Shown here in pieces: positions 17,424-26,645 of a stretch of 38,972 bases of DNA. Origin of the DNA: a virus (lineage: Duplodnaviria; Caudoviricetes); the IMG/VR virus record IMGVR_UViG_3300020138_000014, positions 1 through 38,972 of that record; one strand, 5' to 3'. The translations under genes were made by a program, and so were the position numbers. The notes beneath the pieces were generated by a model. The model saw only the letters and a program-made list of their open reading frames with translations, did no database searches and had not been told where the DNA came from. How positions within the stretch are numbered: position 1 is the first letter of the stretch; each line of letters opens with the position of its first letter.

Positions 17424-17786
17424 TCAGCCGCCGCCGGCCGGCGCCGGCACGCTCTGGATGAGCAGCACTTCGATGCGGTCGCCGTCGGCGGCGGCCGCCT
17501 GCAGGGCCTGGCCCACCACGACGCCGGTGGTGGCGGCGACGGCCTTGCCGGAGGTGCCCACCTGGATGAACTCGCCCGCGTCGATCTCGCCGCCGGCGGT
17601 GACCACCGCGGTGCCGAGCACGTCGCAGGGCACCAGCTCGCCGATCGCGGCCTTGGTGGCGGTGACGCCGGTGGCGGTCTCCGCGGCGACCGCGTAGGTG
17701 CCGGTGGCCACGTCGATGAAGCGCTCGGCCTCCAGCTGCGCGGTCGCGGCGATGGCGAGGGTCAGGATGGAAATTTTCTGGGTCAT
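17424..17786 (-). CDS. Capsid decoration protein (DUF2190-like)
   Basis: Ala/Gly-rich, GQALQAAAADGDRIEVLL; between protease and capsid genes. Confidence 0.8.
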   Translation of the reverse strand: MTQKISILTLAIAATAQLEAERFIDVATGTYAVAAETATGVTATKAAIGELVPCDVLGTAVVTAGGEIDAGEFIQVGTSGKAVAATTGVVVGQALQAAAADGDRIEVLLIQSVPAPAGGG

Positions 17787-17826
17787 GGTCGTGCGCTCCG
17801 GCGCGTGCGATGGGTGGGACGTGCGA

Positions 17827-18966
17827 TCAGCCGCCGACGGCCTTCACCGCGGCGAGGTACGGGGTGTTCGGGTGCTGGCGCTGGTAGTCGAGCGCGCGCG
17901 AGTGCAGCTCCATGCGCCCGGCGTCCACGTTCATGCCGCCGGGGGCGGCGAACGCCGGCGCCTGGGCAGCGCCGCGCGCGTGGTCGCCCGACTTCTCGCT
18001 GAAATCCACCTGCACCGGCAGGTTGGTGAGCAGCTCGCGCAGCACGTCGGCGGCGCCGTGGTCGGCCGCGGCCTCGCCCTCGGCCTGGCTGAAATTCAGG
18101 ACCGTGCCGGCCGGCAGCGACAGCAGCAGCTCCACCACGCCGTTGCGCTGGCGCGGCAGCAGCTGGCCGGACTCGACCAGGCCGTCGGCGAACTCGGCGG
18201 CGTCGGCGCGCAGGGCGGCGGCCTCGCGCTCGCGCAGGGCCTGCTCGCGCTGGTCGAGTTCCTGCTGGCGGGTGTCGAGCTGGGTCTCTCGCTCGGCGAA
18301 CTGGGCGGCGGTGTCGTTGGACATTTCTTCGGCTCCGGTGGCGGTGGGCTCGGCGAACGCCGTATGCGTGCGCCAGTCGTCGTCGCGCGAGGTCACCTCG
18401 GCGATGGCGTTGATCTGGTACTGGGGGATGACGCGGTCGGCGGTCTCGGCCCCATCGCGCTCGATGACCCAGTCGCGCAGGCGCTGGAACACGTCGCGGA
18501 TCGACCAGCCCAGGTTCGACAGCGGGATGGCGAACTCGGGCGCTTCGCCGCCATCGGCGAACTGGGCGGACGGCAGGCCCTTCACTGCCGGCGCCTGGGC
18601 GCCCAGGAAGCCGATGTGCTTGAGGTAGAGCTTCCCGGGCTTCGGATTGCCGGGCGTGTCGCGCAGGTAGATCGAGGCGCTGATCTTCTTCAGGCGGCCG
18701 GCGTTGACCAGGCCGGCGAACTGCGCCTCCACCTGGTGCGGCTCGGCGAAGAGGATGCCGTTGTCGGCACGCAGGGCCTTGGCCCAGCCGTAGGCCGGCG
18801 CGTCGGTCTTCGGGTGCCCGACCACCAGCGGCGCTTCCGACACGTCGGGATCGTAGCTGTCGACGATCTCCTGGATATCGGCTTCGCTGAAGCTGTAGGG
18901 CTTGCCGTCGCTGGCCACGTGCGTGCCGGCGCCGAAGATCGCAAGGTTGCCGCGGGGTGTGTCCAT
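17827..18966 (-). CDS. Prohead protease I with in-frame scaffold (internal start ~18324)
   Basis: EAPLVVGHP...AYGW...KKISAS...LKHIGFLGAQAPAVKGL; internal GGAG-ATG MSNDTAAQFAER coiled coil. Confidence 0.88.
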   Translation of the reverse strand: MDTPRGNLAIFGAGTHVASDGKPYSFSEADIQEIVDSYDPDVSEAPLVVGHPKTDAPAYGWAKALRADNGILFAEPHQVEAQFAGLVNAGRLKKISASIYLRDTPGNPKPGKLYLKHIGFLGAQAPAVKGLPSAQFADGGEAPEFAIPLSNLGWSIRDVFQRLRDWVIERDGAETADRVIPQYQINAIAEVTSRDDDWRTHTAFAEPTATGAEEMSNDTAAQFAERETQLDTRQQELDQREQALREREAAALRADAAEFADGLVESGQLLPRQRNGVVELLLSLPAGTVLNFSQAEGEAAADHGAADVLRELLTNLPVQVDFSEKSGDHARGAAQAPAFAAPGGMNVDAGRMELHSRALDYQRQHPNTPYLAAVKAVGG

Positions 18967-18972
18967 GCCGCC

Positions 18973-19016
18973 ATCGTTGCGGCCCGACACCGGGGAGTCA
19001 TTTGAAGCGCTTCAAA
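18973..19016 (-). promoter_or_regulatory. Late promoter with activator site (head operon)
   Basis: TTTGAA-GCGC-TTCAAA at 19001-19016, 22 bp from a -10-like AACGAT; same geometry at 26471-26514. Confidence 0.65.
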
Positions 19017-19216
19017 GCGTGCGGGTCGCGCGCGCGAGGGTGGCCGGCAGGGGCGTACTGCGGGGCCATCCTGCCGCGGCCGGCGATGCACAGGCCACCA
19101 CGGCGCCACAGCCGCCACCGTTCGCGCTGGAACAGGTGTCTAACAGCATTCCAGGGCGACGGAGCCCCGATGATGCCACCCCGGGCGTGGAGGCGCGCAC
19201 AGCGCGATTGGCGCGG

Positions 19217-19693
19217 TCATCCCCGGAACCAGCCTTCGACGTGTTCGCGGGCGATGTCGAGCACGTCGGTCCGGTCCTGCTCCGACAGGCCCAGCCACGG
19301 CCGCGCGGGGATATGGCGCCAGCCGACGCCCGGGATGTTCCCGCGTCCGCCGAACTGGTGCATCGCGCCGTAGATGGCATTCGTGCCCACGAAGAGTTCG
19401 TCGCCGACAACCTGGTGCGAGAACTGGTCGAAGATCATGTGCTCGTCGCGCTCCAGGATGGTGCGCCCCGGATGGGTCTGCCGCTTCTTGCGGGCGTACT
19501 CGGGATTGAGGGGCTCGAACGGCGTGCCGTCCGGCGAGACCTGCCGCTCGCGCCGGTCGCGGGTGCTGTTGACCAGGTGGAAGCCGATGTCGTCCAGCAT
19601 CAGCTGCAGCTCGTCGCCTTCGAGCGCGGCGTGCGCCGAGGCGACGGCGGGCGTGGCGGTGTCGCGCGTGATCTCGAGGTAGACGCCAGCCAT
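19217..19693 (-). CDS. Virion morphogenesis protein (Mu gpG-like)
   Basis: SPDGTPFEPL...VGTNAIYGAMHQFG...IPARPWLGLS. Confidence 0.9.
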   Translation of the reverse strand: MAGVYLEITRDTATPAVASAHAALEGDELQLMLDDIGFHLVNSTRDRRERQVSPDGTPFEPLNPEYARKKRQTHPGRTILERDEHMIFDQFSHQVVGDELFVGTNAIYGAMHQFGGRGNIPGVGWRHIPARPWLGLSEQDRTDVLDIAREHVEGWFRG

Positions 19694-20922
19694 CAGAGTT
19701 TCCCCTGCAGCAGTTCGAGGTCGCCGCTGCGCACGCGGCGGCGCAGCTCGCCCAGGTCGAGCGCCGCATCGGCCGCCTGCGCGGGGCTGGCGCTGGTGTC
19801 GACGCGCAGCACGCGGCGGCTGCGGGCCGGCCCGACCACGTACAGCAGCGAGCGCGACGACTGCTCGAGCAGCACGGCCACGGGATCCGCGAGCAGCGAC
19901 GGCAGCGCCGCGCCGGCCGCGCTCGGCGCGGCGATGCCGATCGCGGCGGCGGCGGGCACTGCACCGCGGCTGGTCATCGCGCGCACGATCGTCGGCGCGA
20001 TCGCGCCGACCAGGTAACTGCCCGCCTGCTGCGCGGGCGGATCCTGCAGCCACTCGCGCAGGCCCGCCACCAGCGCATCGCGCACGCGCCGGAGGCCGAG
20101 GAAGCCGCCGGCGCTGTCGGCGCCCTCCTGCGCCGGCAGCCGGCCCGTGCCGCGCAGGCTGCGCTGCGCCTGGTCGACCATGCGCCCGCGCGACGCCGGC
20201 GGCGTGACCGGCCCGGTGGGCGACGACGGCCAGCCACCCAGGCTGCGGCCGGGCGCGTAGCCGAAGCCCGGGTCGATGCCCTCCGGCGTCATCACCGTAC
20301 GCGGCCCGCCGGGACTGCGCTGGCCGATGGTCACCGGCACCATGTTGACCGGCGGCGCCGTGTCCGGCCCCGACTTGCCCATGCGGCGCAGGTCGCGCTC
20401 AGCCAGCGATTCGACGTAGCACTGGCAGCCCCAGCCGTTGGCCGGAAAGTGCGTGTGCCACCACGGGTCGTCGACGTGCAGGATCAGCCCGTCCCAGCCC
20501 TCGTGGATCGGGCGCGGGTATTGCACGCTGTCGTTGTGCCGGTAGCGCAGGTACGGCCGCGCGCGCTTCGCCCGCTGGATCTGCGCCCACTGCCCGGCGT
20601 TGTAGCTCTGCCGCAGGTTGGTTTCGTAGATGATCCGCGTGCGCCAGTTGCGGCCGCCGGTGTAGTCCCAGCCGTAGCGCGCCACGATGCGGTCGAAGTC
20701 GATGCGGAACTGCTCCAGCGTGGCGCCTTCCTCGATCGCCTTGCGCACGGCCTCGCGCAGGTCGGCCAGCAGGTCGTCGCGGTTGGCGCCCGCCACCATG
20801 AAGGCCGTGTCGTGCTCGGCGCCGAAGACGTCGAGCCAGCTCTCGGTCAGGACGTTCCGCTTGCGGCGGAAGAACGCGATCTGCTCCGAGAACGGGAGGC
20901 GGCCGTAGCCGGTGCGCGCCAT
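19693..20922 (-). CDS. Head morphogenesis protein (Mu gpF-like)
   Basis: IYETNLRQSYNAG...HFPANGWGCQC...GIDPGFGYAPG. Confidence 0.9.
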   Translation of the reverse strand: MARTGYGRLPFSEQIAFFRRKRNVLTESWLDVFGAEHDTAFMVAGANRDDLLADLREAVRKAIEEGATLEQFRIDFDRIVARYGWDYTGGRNWRTRIIYETNLRQSYNAGQWAQIQRAKRARPYLRYRHNDSVQYPRPIHEGWDGLILHVDDPWWHTHFPANGWGCQCYVESLAERDLRRMGKSGPDTAPPVNMVPVTIGQRSPGGPRTVMTPEGIDPGFGYAPGRSLGGWPSSPTGPVTPPASRGRMVDQAQRSLRGTGRLPAQEGADSAGGFLGLRRVRDALVAGLREWLQDPPAQQAGSYLVGAIAPTIVRAMTSRGAVPAAAAIGIAAPSAAGAALPSLLADPVAVLLEQSSRSLLYVVGPARSRRVLRVDTSASPAQAADAALDLGELRRRVRSGDLELLQGKL

Positions 20923-20925
20923 CGC

Positions 20926-22461
20926 TTACCCCTGCAGTTCCTGCAGCAGATCGTAGCTGCCCGCCAGCTGCGCCGCGACCAGCGCCTCGGCCATCGCGTC
21001 GGCGTAGTCGTCGATGTCCAGGTCGAGCGCCAGCAGGCCGTCGCGCAGCTCCTCCAGGGAGCCGGCGCGGCCGGCCAGCTCGCGCACCTGGTCGACCCAG
21101 GCGCTGCCGATCGGCTGCAGGTTCCGGCCCAGGCGGCGGCTGTGCTCCGCGAGCGCGTCATGCCAGTCGGACGAGGCGAACGCCGGGGCGTGTCGGCGCA
21201 GCAGGTCGACCACCGTGTTCCGTGCATCCGCGAACTCCGGCCCCGCGATCGCGCTGGGCGTCTGCGCCTGGCCGGGCAGCGGCGGCGCCGGCGGATCCTT
21301 CTCGGTCCACTCGCCGCCGAACTTCTCCTGGATATCCGCCAGCGAGGGCCGGAAGCCGATGTTGTAGATCTTGCCGTAGCGCTCGGCCAGGGCGTCGATG
21401 TCCTCGGGCTCCTCGGTCACGCGGTAGACGCGCGGCGGCTCGGCCGTCGGGAAGTTCCACTGCATCAGCCACTTCAGCGGGCCGCGATTGAACGACTCGT
21501 CCACCAGGTCGGCCGCGGCCTTGACGATGTCGCCGCGCACGTCGCCCTGCAGGTCGTCGTTGCCCAGCCGTCCGGGCGTGCCCTGGGTGCTGGCCGTCTG
21601 CCCGAGCACCACCTTCTGGATCGAGGCGTTCATCACCTCCACCAGCGCCCGGTAGTCCGCCGTGCCGCTGCGACCGGCCTCCAGCAGCTCCAGTTCCATG
21701 CCCTTGGGCATGATGATGCCGCTGTCGGTCTGGATGGCGCGCGTGGCCTGCAGCAGCTTGCTGCGGTCGCCGTCGCTGGCCTCGGCCTCGTACCGGCCCA
21801 CGGCCGTGGGCATGCCGAACTTCTCCAGGAAGATCATCCAGAACTTGATGCCGTTGCGCTTGAACAGCACCGGCCAGTACAGCCAGTGCGCCAGGCCGAG
21901 GCCGTAGGGCTCGTCGTCGTGGTCGGCGCCGGTGCAGAAGTCCCAGAAGTACGGCCGCTCGCAGGGCACGCCCTCGAACATCGCCGAGGGCGTCAGCATG
22001 CGCAGCTCGCCCTCCTTGCCGTAGCGGAAGCGGCGGCGGTTGCGCACCTTGATCGCGTCGATGCAGACCTTGCCCTCGTCGACGCCGTAGATCACCTCGG
22101 CCACGGCGTAGCCGTAGAACTCGCCGAACAGCATCTTGGCGGTCACGTTGTCCCAGCGGATCCGGTGCAGCTGCCGGCGCAGCCACTCGGCCGCCTGCTT
22201 GTCGACACGCCGGTCGCCGCCGGCATCCACCTGCCACTCGCAGCTGGTCACCGCGGAATGGCGCTGGCCCAGCGTGGCCCGCACCTCGTCGTCGCTCAGC
22301 ACCTGCTCGTAGATCTGCAGGTCGTACTGCCCGCGGTTGCGCAGCACGCTGTCGAAGGGCAGCAGCAGCGGCCCGGTGTAGCCGCGGGTGATGTCGATGC
22401 CGTCGCCCGTGGTGGCGATCTCGCGGCCGAGTTCCGGCCGGGCCGGTACGTTGTCGGTCAT
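20926..22461 (-). CDS. Portal protein (DUF935, Mu gp29)
   Basis: PYGLGLAHWLYWP...FLEKFGMP...LGQT. Confidence 0.92.
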   Translation of the reverse strand: MTDNVPARPELGREIATTGDGIDITRGYTGPLLLPFDSVLRNRGQYDLQIYEQVLSDDEVRATLGQRHSAVTSCEWQVDAGGDRRVDKQAAEWLRRQLHRIRWDNVTAKMLFGEFYGYAVAEVIYGVDEGKVCIDAIKVRNRRRFRYGKEGELRMLTPSAMFEGVPCERPYFWDFCTGADHDDEPYGLGLAHWLYWPVLFKRNGIKFWMIFLEKFGMPTAVGRYEAEASDGDRSKLLQATRAIQTDSGIIMPKGMELELLEAGRSGTADYRALVEVMNASIQKVVLGQTASTQGTPGRLGNDDLQGDVRGDIVKAAADLVDESFNRGPLKWLMQWNFPTAEPPRVYRVTEEPEDIDALAERYGKIYNIGFRPSLADIQEKFGGEWTEKDPPAPPLPGQAQTPSAIAGPEFADARNTVVDLLRRHAPAFASSDWHDALAEHSRRLGRNLQPIGSAWVDQVRELAGRAGSLEELRDGLLALDLDIDDYADAMAEALVAAQLAGSYDLLQELQG

Positions 22462-23921
22462 TGCCCGAATCCTCCGAAGTCGTTGCCGCCGGACACCACC
22501 CCGAACCCGATGGATTCCAGGTAGGCCCCGGCGCCGCCGGCGTAGTCGCCCAGGCCGGCGCTGGTGGCGCGTTGGCCGGTCGAGGCGTAGTCGATCGGCG
22601 CCACCGGCGAGGCCGCGGCGTGGATCGCCAGCGCCAGCGCCCAGAAATGGTCCGCGTGGCCGTCGGGCGTGCGCTCGGCGGTGAACCGGATGTTGCCGGC
22701 GGCGGTGGTCTGTTTGGTCACCGAGCGCAGGTCGGCGCGGATCGGGTTGCTGTACGGGATGCGCAGCGTGCGGTCCTGCATGCGCCCGCGCACCGGGTAG
22801 GCCAGCGCCTCTTTCACCTTGGGCGTGAACGTGACCGCCTCGACCTTGTGCTCGCCGTACCTGTCCTGGGCGTCGTCGGCCCAGCCGATGCCCAGGCCCG
22901 TGGCGTCGATGCAGATCCGGCTGGCCCTGGCGAACCAGGGATGGAGGATCTTCTCCTGGTCGGACTTGCGCATGTTCTGCATCGCCTCGACGTGCCGCGT
23001 GTACAGCACGTCGCCCAGGCGCTCGACCACCCAGAGCACGGTCAGGTCCTTCTTGCGGCCGATGTCGACGCCGACGTACAGCTCGCGCCCCTCGGGCGCG
23101 CCCCACGCCACGTCGATCTGGTACTCGCAGCCGGCGATCAGGTCGTATTCCAGGAAGGCCACGTCGTCGTCGGCCGGCCGGCACATGTACTCCTGCTGGA
23201 ACGACTCCTCGTCGGCGCAGCCGGCGCGCACCAGGTCGAAGTAGGCCGCCTCGTCCATCGCCTGCCGCTCGTCGTCGGGCGGCAGCTTCTGCTGCAGCTT
23301 GTAGAGCAGGCCCTCCTCGAGCGCGGTCTGCAGCGTCACGCTGTGGAAGCTGATCCCCTTCGGGTTGCCGTTCTCGCGGATCTCGCGCACCAGCAGGTTG
23401 AAGAAGTTGTGGCTGCCGCGGTGCGTGGTGAACGCCTCCAGGCTGCCGCCCCAGGTGATGCCCGGGTAGGCGATCGACCAGAGCTTGCGCGGGTCGCGGT
23501 GCAGCGCGAACTCGTCCAGCACGCGCCCGCCGCGCTTGCCGGCCTGCGCGTCCGGGTTGCTGGACATGCTGTTGATCCGGCGCCCGCTGGCCAGCTGCAG
23601 CACGCGCGCGCTCTGCCGGCCGTCGGCGTCGATGACCTGCTCGCCGAGGTCGGAGGCGGCGATGTTGATCACGTCCGCCCACAGCTTGCAGTCCTCGACG
23701 AACAGCATCGCCTGGATATCGTCGCGGCTGCTGACCCACTGGTCCCACTTCGCGCCCTGCGCGCCGGTGACCTTGACGCAGCGGTACGCGGCGCACCAGG
23801 ACCAGCCCACCTGGCGCGGCTTCTCGGCCAGCTTCAGGCGGCTGTTGTCGTTGATCCAGCGCGACTGGAACGGCAGGAAGATCGCCTGCGGGTCGGCGGG
23901 GATGCAGCGGGCGTTGCCCAT
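22458..23921 (-). CDS. Terminase large subunit
   Basis: EKPRQVGWS, VLDEFA, GVDIGRKKD, IDATGLG, GHADHFWA. Confidence 0.93.
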   Translation of the reverse strand: MGNARCIPADPQAIFLPFQSRWINDNSRLKLAEKPRQVGWSWCAAYRCVKVTGAQGAKWDQWVSSRDDIQAMLFVEDCKLWADVINIAASDLGEQVIDADGRQSARVLQLASGRRINSMSSNPDAQAGKRGGRVLDEFALHRDPRKLWSIAYPGITWGGSLEAFTTHRGSHNFFNLLVREIRENGNPKGISFHSVTLQTALEEGLLYKLQQKLPPDDERQAMDEAAYFDLVRAGCADEESFQQEYMCRPADDDVAFLEYDLIAGCEYQIDVAWGAPEGRELYVGVDIGRKKDLTVLWVVERLGDVLYTRHVEAMQNMRKSDQEKILHPWFARASRICIDATGLGIGWADDAQDRYGEHKVEAVTFTPKVKEALAYPVRGRMQDRTLRIPYSNPIRADLRSVTKQTTAAGNIRFTAERTPDGHADHFWALALAIHAAASPVAPIDYASTGQRATSAGLGDYAGGAGAYLESIGFGVVSGGNDFGGFGQ

Positions 23922-24472
23922 CACACGATGCCCTGCAGCCGCCGGTCGATCGCGGCCATCGCCTCCTCGGAAATGCCGCCCTTGCTGGCCAGGTCCTGCA
24001 CCTCGCGGCGCGCCTCGTCCAGCTTCGTCCGCACCTCGGTGGCCCACTTGTTGCGGGCCACCGCCGCACGGGTGAGCGTGGCGATGTTCTTGGCCGCCTT
24101 GCTGTACAGCGCGATCCGGTCCGCCGCGGTGATTTCCTCGCTGTCCTCGGCCGCCGCCTCCTGGAACTCGACCAGGGCCTCGAACATGTCGGTCTGCAGC
24201 AGGCTGATGATGGCGTTGCTGCGGTCGTCGGTTTCGTCCGGCGCGGCGTCCGCGACCATCTTCATGGCCTCGGTGCTGGCGGTGATCGCCGCCAGCCGGC
24301 GCTTGAGCCGCAGGCTGCGCTCGCCCACGGTGCTCTTGCCGATCTCGAATCCCTCGGACTGCAGCCACTCGGACAGGGCCACGAATCCGCTGAAGCCGTT
24401 GGCCACCAGGCGGCGGTCGAGCTCGGCGCGCACATGCGGCGGCAGCTGGTCGATTTTGCTGGGAGGCGGCAT
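23921..24472 (-). CDS. DUF3486 / Mu gp27 (terminase small subunit)
   Basis: SKIDQLP...LSEWLQSEGFEIGKSTV. Confidence 0.85.
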   Translation of the reverse strand: MPPPSKIDQLPPHVRAELDRRLVANGFSGFVALSEWLQSEGFEIGKSTVGERSLRLKRRLAAITASTEAMKMVADAAPDETDDRSNAIISLLQTDMFEALVEFQEAAAEDSEEITAADRIALYSKAAKNIATLTRAAVARNKWATEVRTKLDEARREVQDLASKGGISEEAMAAIDRRLQGIV

Positions 24473-24478
24473 GGCGGC

Positions 24479-24781
24479 CTACCAGTACTTGGCGGGCCGG
24501 GCGATGCCCGGCTCGCAGTCGATGGTGTACTCGGCGATGTCGACGCCGTAGCGGGTCAGGTCCATGTGCCACGGACCGGACGGATCCTTCCGGATCTCCA
24601 CCAGCCGGCGCATCGCCAGGTACTCCAGCTCGCGCCGCACCTCCAGCGCGGAGGCGTCAGGAAACTCCCCCTGGACCGTGGTCAGCAGCAACAGCTCGCC
24701 GGCGCCGTAGGGCCGCGCGCGGTTGAGCGCGAGCAGCAGCATCCACCGGATGGCGCCGGTGCGGTTCTTGTCCATGCTCAT
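24479..24781 (-). CDS. Mu gp26-like winged-helix protein
   Basis: RRELEYL...LTRYGVDIAEY...PGIARP. Confidence 0.8.
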   Translation of the reverse strand: MSMDKNRTGAIRWMLLLALNRARPYGAGELLLLTTVQGEFPDASALEVRRELEYLAMRRLVEIRKDPSGPWHMDLTRYGVDIAEYTIDCEPGIARPAKYW

Positions 24782-25110
24782 CAGGTCTCCCCCCCGTTGA
24801 TTGCTCCCTGCAGGCGGAGGTTTTCCAGCCGTTCGAACACGCGGTCGAGCTTGGTCTCGATCACGGCCTGGTTGCGGATGTAGTCCTCACGCCGCACATA
24901 ACGTTCCGGCAGCTCGACCCGCAGCTCCAGGAGCTGCATTTCGACCTGCGTCCATTTCCTGCTGTCCTCCAGCAGGAGCTGAACCTGGGCATCGGTTTTT
25001 TGCTGCGCCTGCGCGATCAGCCAGCGGCCGACCGCAGCGGCCGCACCAACGAGGGAGAGACCGATGATGAAGAACCACCACAGGTGGATCGGTTCGACCT
25101 GGAGGATCAT
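24781..25110 (-). CDS. Mu gp25-like membrane protein
   Basis: N-terminal TM segment; LPERYVRREDY coiled coil. Confidence 0.75.
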   Translation of the reverse strand: MILQVEPIHLWWFFIIGLSLVGAAAAVGRWLIAQAQQKTDAQVQLLLEDSRKWTQVEMQLLELRVELPERYVRREDYIRNQAVIETKLDRVFERLENLRLQGAINGGET

Positions 25111-25607
25111 CGTTCGGCCCCGTCTCCGGTCGTGAGACCAGCGCCGGCGTACTCCCGGATCACGGCCTGGCAGGCTCGGAGCTGGTCGTCGGCGTCGCGT
25201 CCGGCTTGAACAAGATGTCCGATATCCGCCTCTCGGCGCTGGGCGGCCGCATCACGTTCGAGGGTGGCAGCGGCGCCCGCGGACAGGTTTCGGGTCTCGC
25301 ACGCGGCCCAGTGCTCCTGCAGCCGGCGATTGCCAGCCCGCAGATCAGCAACAACAGCAGCGGGCACGCCCGCCGCATCGCTTCGATCCCGCTCATGCGT
25401 CTCTCCGATGTTGGACATGGCGCGCGCGGCGTCGCGCTCGTACTGGAGCGATCGCTGCAGATAACCCACCGCATCCTCCGCAAGAGCCGCGCGCGACTCG
25501 GCCCGATCGGCACGGGCACCAGCCACAGCGGCATCCCCGCGAAACCAGACCGCGGCGGCGACCGCCAGCGCCAGCAGCACCAGCAGCGTGTAGACGACGG
25601 GCCGCAT
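25107..25607 (-). CDS. i-spanin (Rz-like)
   Basis: N-terminal TM segment, LRAGNRRL...ADDQLRACQ. Confidence 0.8.
   Translation of the reverse strand: MRPVVYTLLVLLALAVAAAVWFRGDAAVAGARADRAESRAALAEDAVGYLQRSLQYERDAARAMSNIGETHERDRSDAAGVPAAVVADLRAGNRRLQEHWAACETRNLSAGAAATLERDAAAQRREADIGHLVQAGRDADDQLRACQAVIREYAGAGLTTGDGAER
25160..25378 (-). CDS. o-spanin lipoprotein (Rz1-like), embedded in the i-spanin gene
   Basis: MRRACPLLLLLICGLAIAG-C lipobox; Pro-rich mature region. Confidence 0.75.
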   Translation of the reverse strand: MRRACPLLLLLICGLAIAGCRSTGPRARPETCPRAPLPPSNVMRPPSAERRISDILFKPDATPTTSSEPARP

Positions 25608-25813
25608 CACGCCGCGGCTCCCGCGATGAGGCCGATGCACAGGCCGATGCCGAGCGCGAGCATGAAGATCAGGGCGAACAGCGGCACCGAGGCCAGCCAC
25701 GCGCGGTCGGGCGGCGGCGGCGCCGGGCGCTCGCCGACCTGCAGCAGGCACATCAGCCCCACGCCCAGCAGGAAGCCCACCAGCCCCGCGCCGTAGATCC
25801 ACAGCGCCGTCAT
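25607..25813 (-). CDS. Two-TM membrane protein (holin candidate)
   Basis: Two hydrophobic helices; sits between endolysin and spanin. Confidence 0.55.
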   Translation of the reverse strand: MTALWIYGAGLVGFLLGVGLMCLLQVGERPAPPPPDRAWLASVPLFALIFMLALGIGLCIGLIAGAAA

Positions 25814-26382
25814 GCTACGTCCCTCAGGCACAGCTTCGACTCGGCGCGCCGCCGGTTCTGCAGGCCGCGCACGAAGCGGTACTCGGGCCGGCCGTTGGCC
25901 AGCCTGCGCCCGGTGCGCACGTAGCTCCACACCGGGTGGCCGGCGTCGGACTGGTACAGGCGGCGGCAGCCGGTGCGGTAGTCGCCGCGGTTCCAGGCCT
26001 CCATCGCCGCGCTGCCGCAGGTGGCGGACACGCCGAGGTTCCAGGCGTGCGCCGAGGCGGCGTCGAACACCGACTGCGGCGGCACCGCCGCGAAGCATTC
26101 GCGCAGCCGCGCCTGCACCCGGGCCACCGCGCGCGCGGTCTCGTCCGCGCACTGCTCGCGGGTCCAGCGCTGGCCGACCACGATGGGCGTGTCGGTGACG
26201 TGCCGGGTGAGCCCGTCGCACACCGTGGGCAGCCCGCCCGCCAGGCGGTCGGCGTAGACGATCAGCACCGGATTGCCGCTCGACTCCCAGAGCATCAGGA
26301 ACGCCAGCAGCACGCCCGAGCCCAGCGCAACGCCGCCGAGGACTAGGCCGGTGTTCGATCCGGGTTGTTCGACGGTGGACAT
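25810..26382 (-). CDS. SAR-type endolysin, GH24 lysozyme
   Basis: Gly-rich N-terminal TM then WE...YADRLAGGLPTVCDG, AWNLG, GLQNRR. Confidence 0.9.
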   Translation of the reverse strand: MSTVEQPGSNTGLVLGGVALGSGVLLAFLMLWESSGNPVLIVYADRLAGGLPTVCDGLTRHVTDTPIVVGQRWTREQCADETARAVARVQARLRECFAAVPPQSVFDAASAHAWNLGVSATCGSAAMEAWNRGDYRTGCRRLYQSDAGHPVWSYVRTGRRLANGRPEYRFVRGLQNRRRAESKLCLRDVA

Positions 26383-26470
26383 GCCGGCTCCTGGGGAAGA
26401 AGCCCGGCGGCGACACGAGGAGGAGCCGCCGCCGGGCGGAGATGCGCCCTGCCAGCGCATCTGAGCCTGC

Positions 26471-26514
26471 AGTGTTCCCGGCGGTCAGCGGTGCGTCATT
26501 TGAACCCGTTCAAA
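26471..26514 (-). promoter_or_regulatory. Late promoter with activator site (lysis operon)
   Basis: TTTGAA-CCCG-TTCAAA at 26499-26514, 22 bp from a -10-like AACACT. Confidence 0.65.
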
Positions 26515-26579
26515 AGATTTCCTCGCGCGCGCGCGGGAGCATGCGCGGGCTGTCGATACCCACCGCCTGGAGCGGGACG

Positions 26580-26645
26580 ATGGACAACCAGCACCGCCAG
26601 ATTCCCGGCTACCGCGAACTGTCGCAGCCAACCTACGTGAGGTAA
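26580..26645 (+). pseudogene. acb2: Truncated anti-CBASS Acb2 N-terminus
   Basis: MDNQHRQIPGYRELSQ matches the recalled Acb2 start MDNQH(K/R)KIxGYR(D/E)L(S/T)Q; stops after 21 codons. Confidence 0.7.

Noticed and set aside
20926-24572. 1047-aa portal and 704-aa terminase as fusion proteins
   Set aside because: The N-terminal extensions are off-frame overlaps of upstream genes; real starts are at 22461 and 23921.
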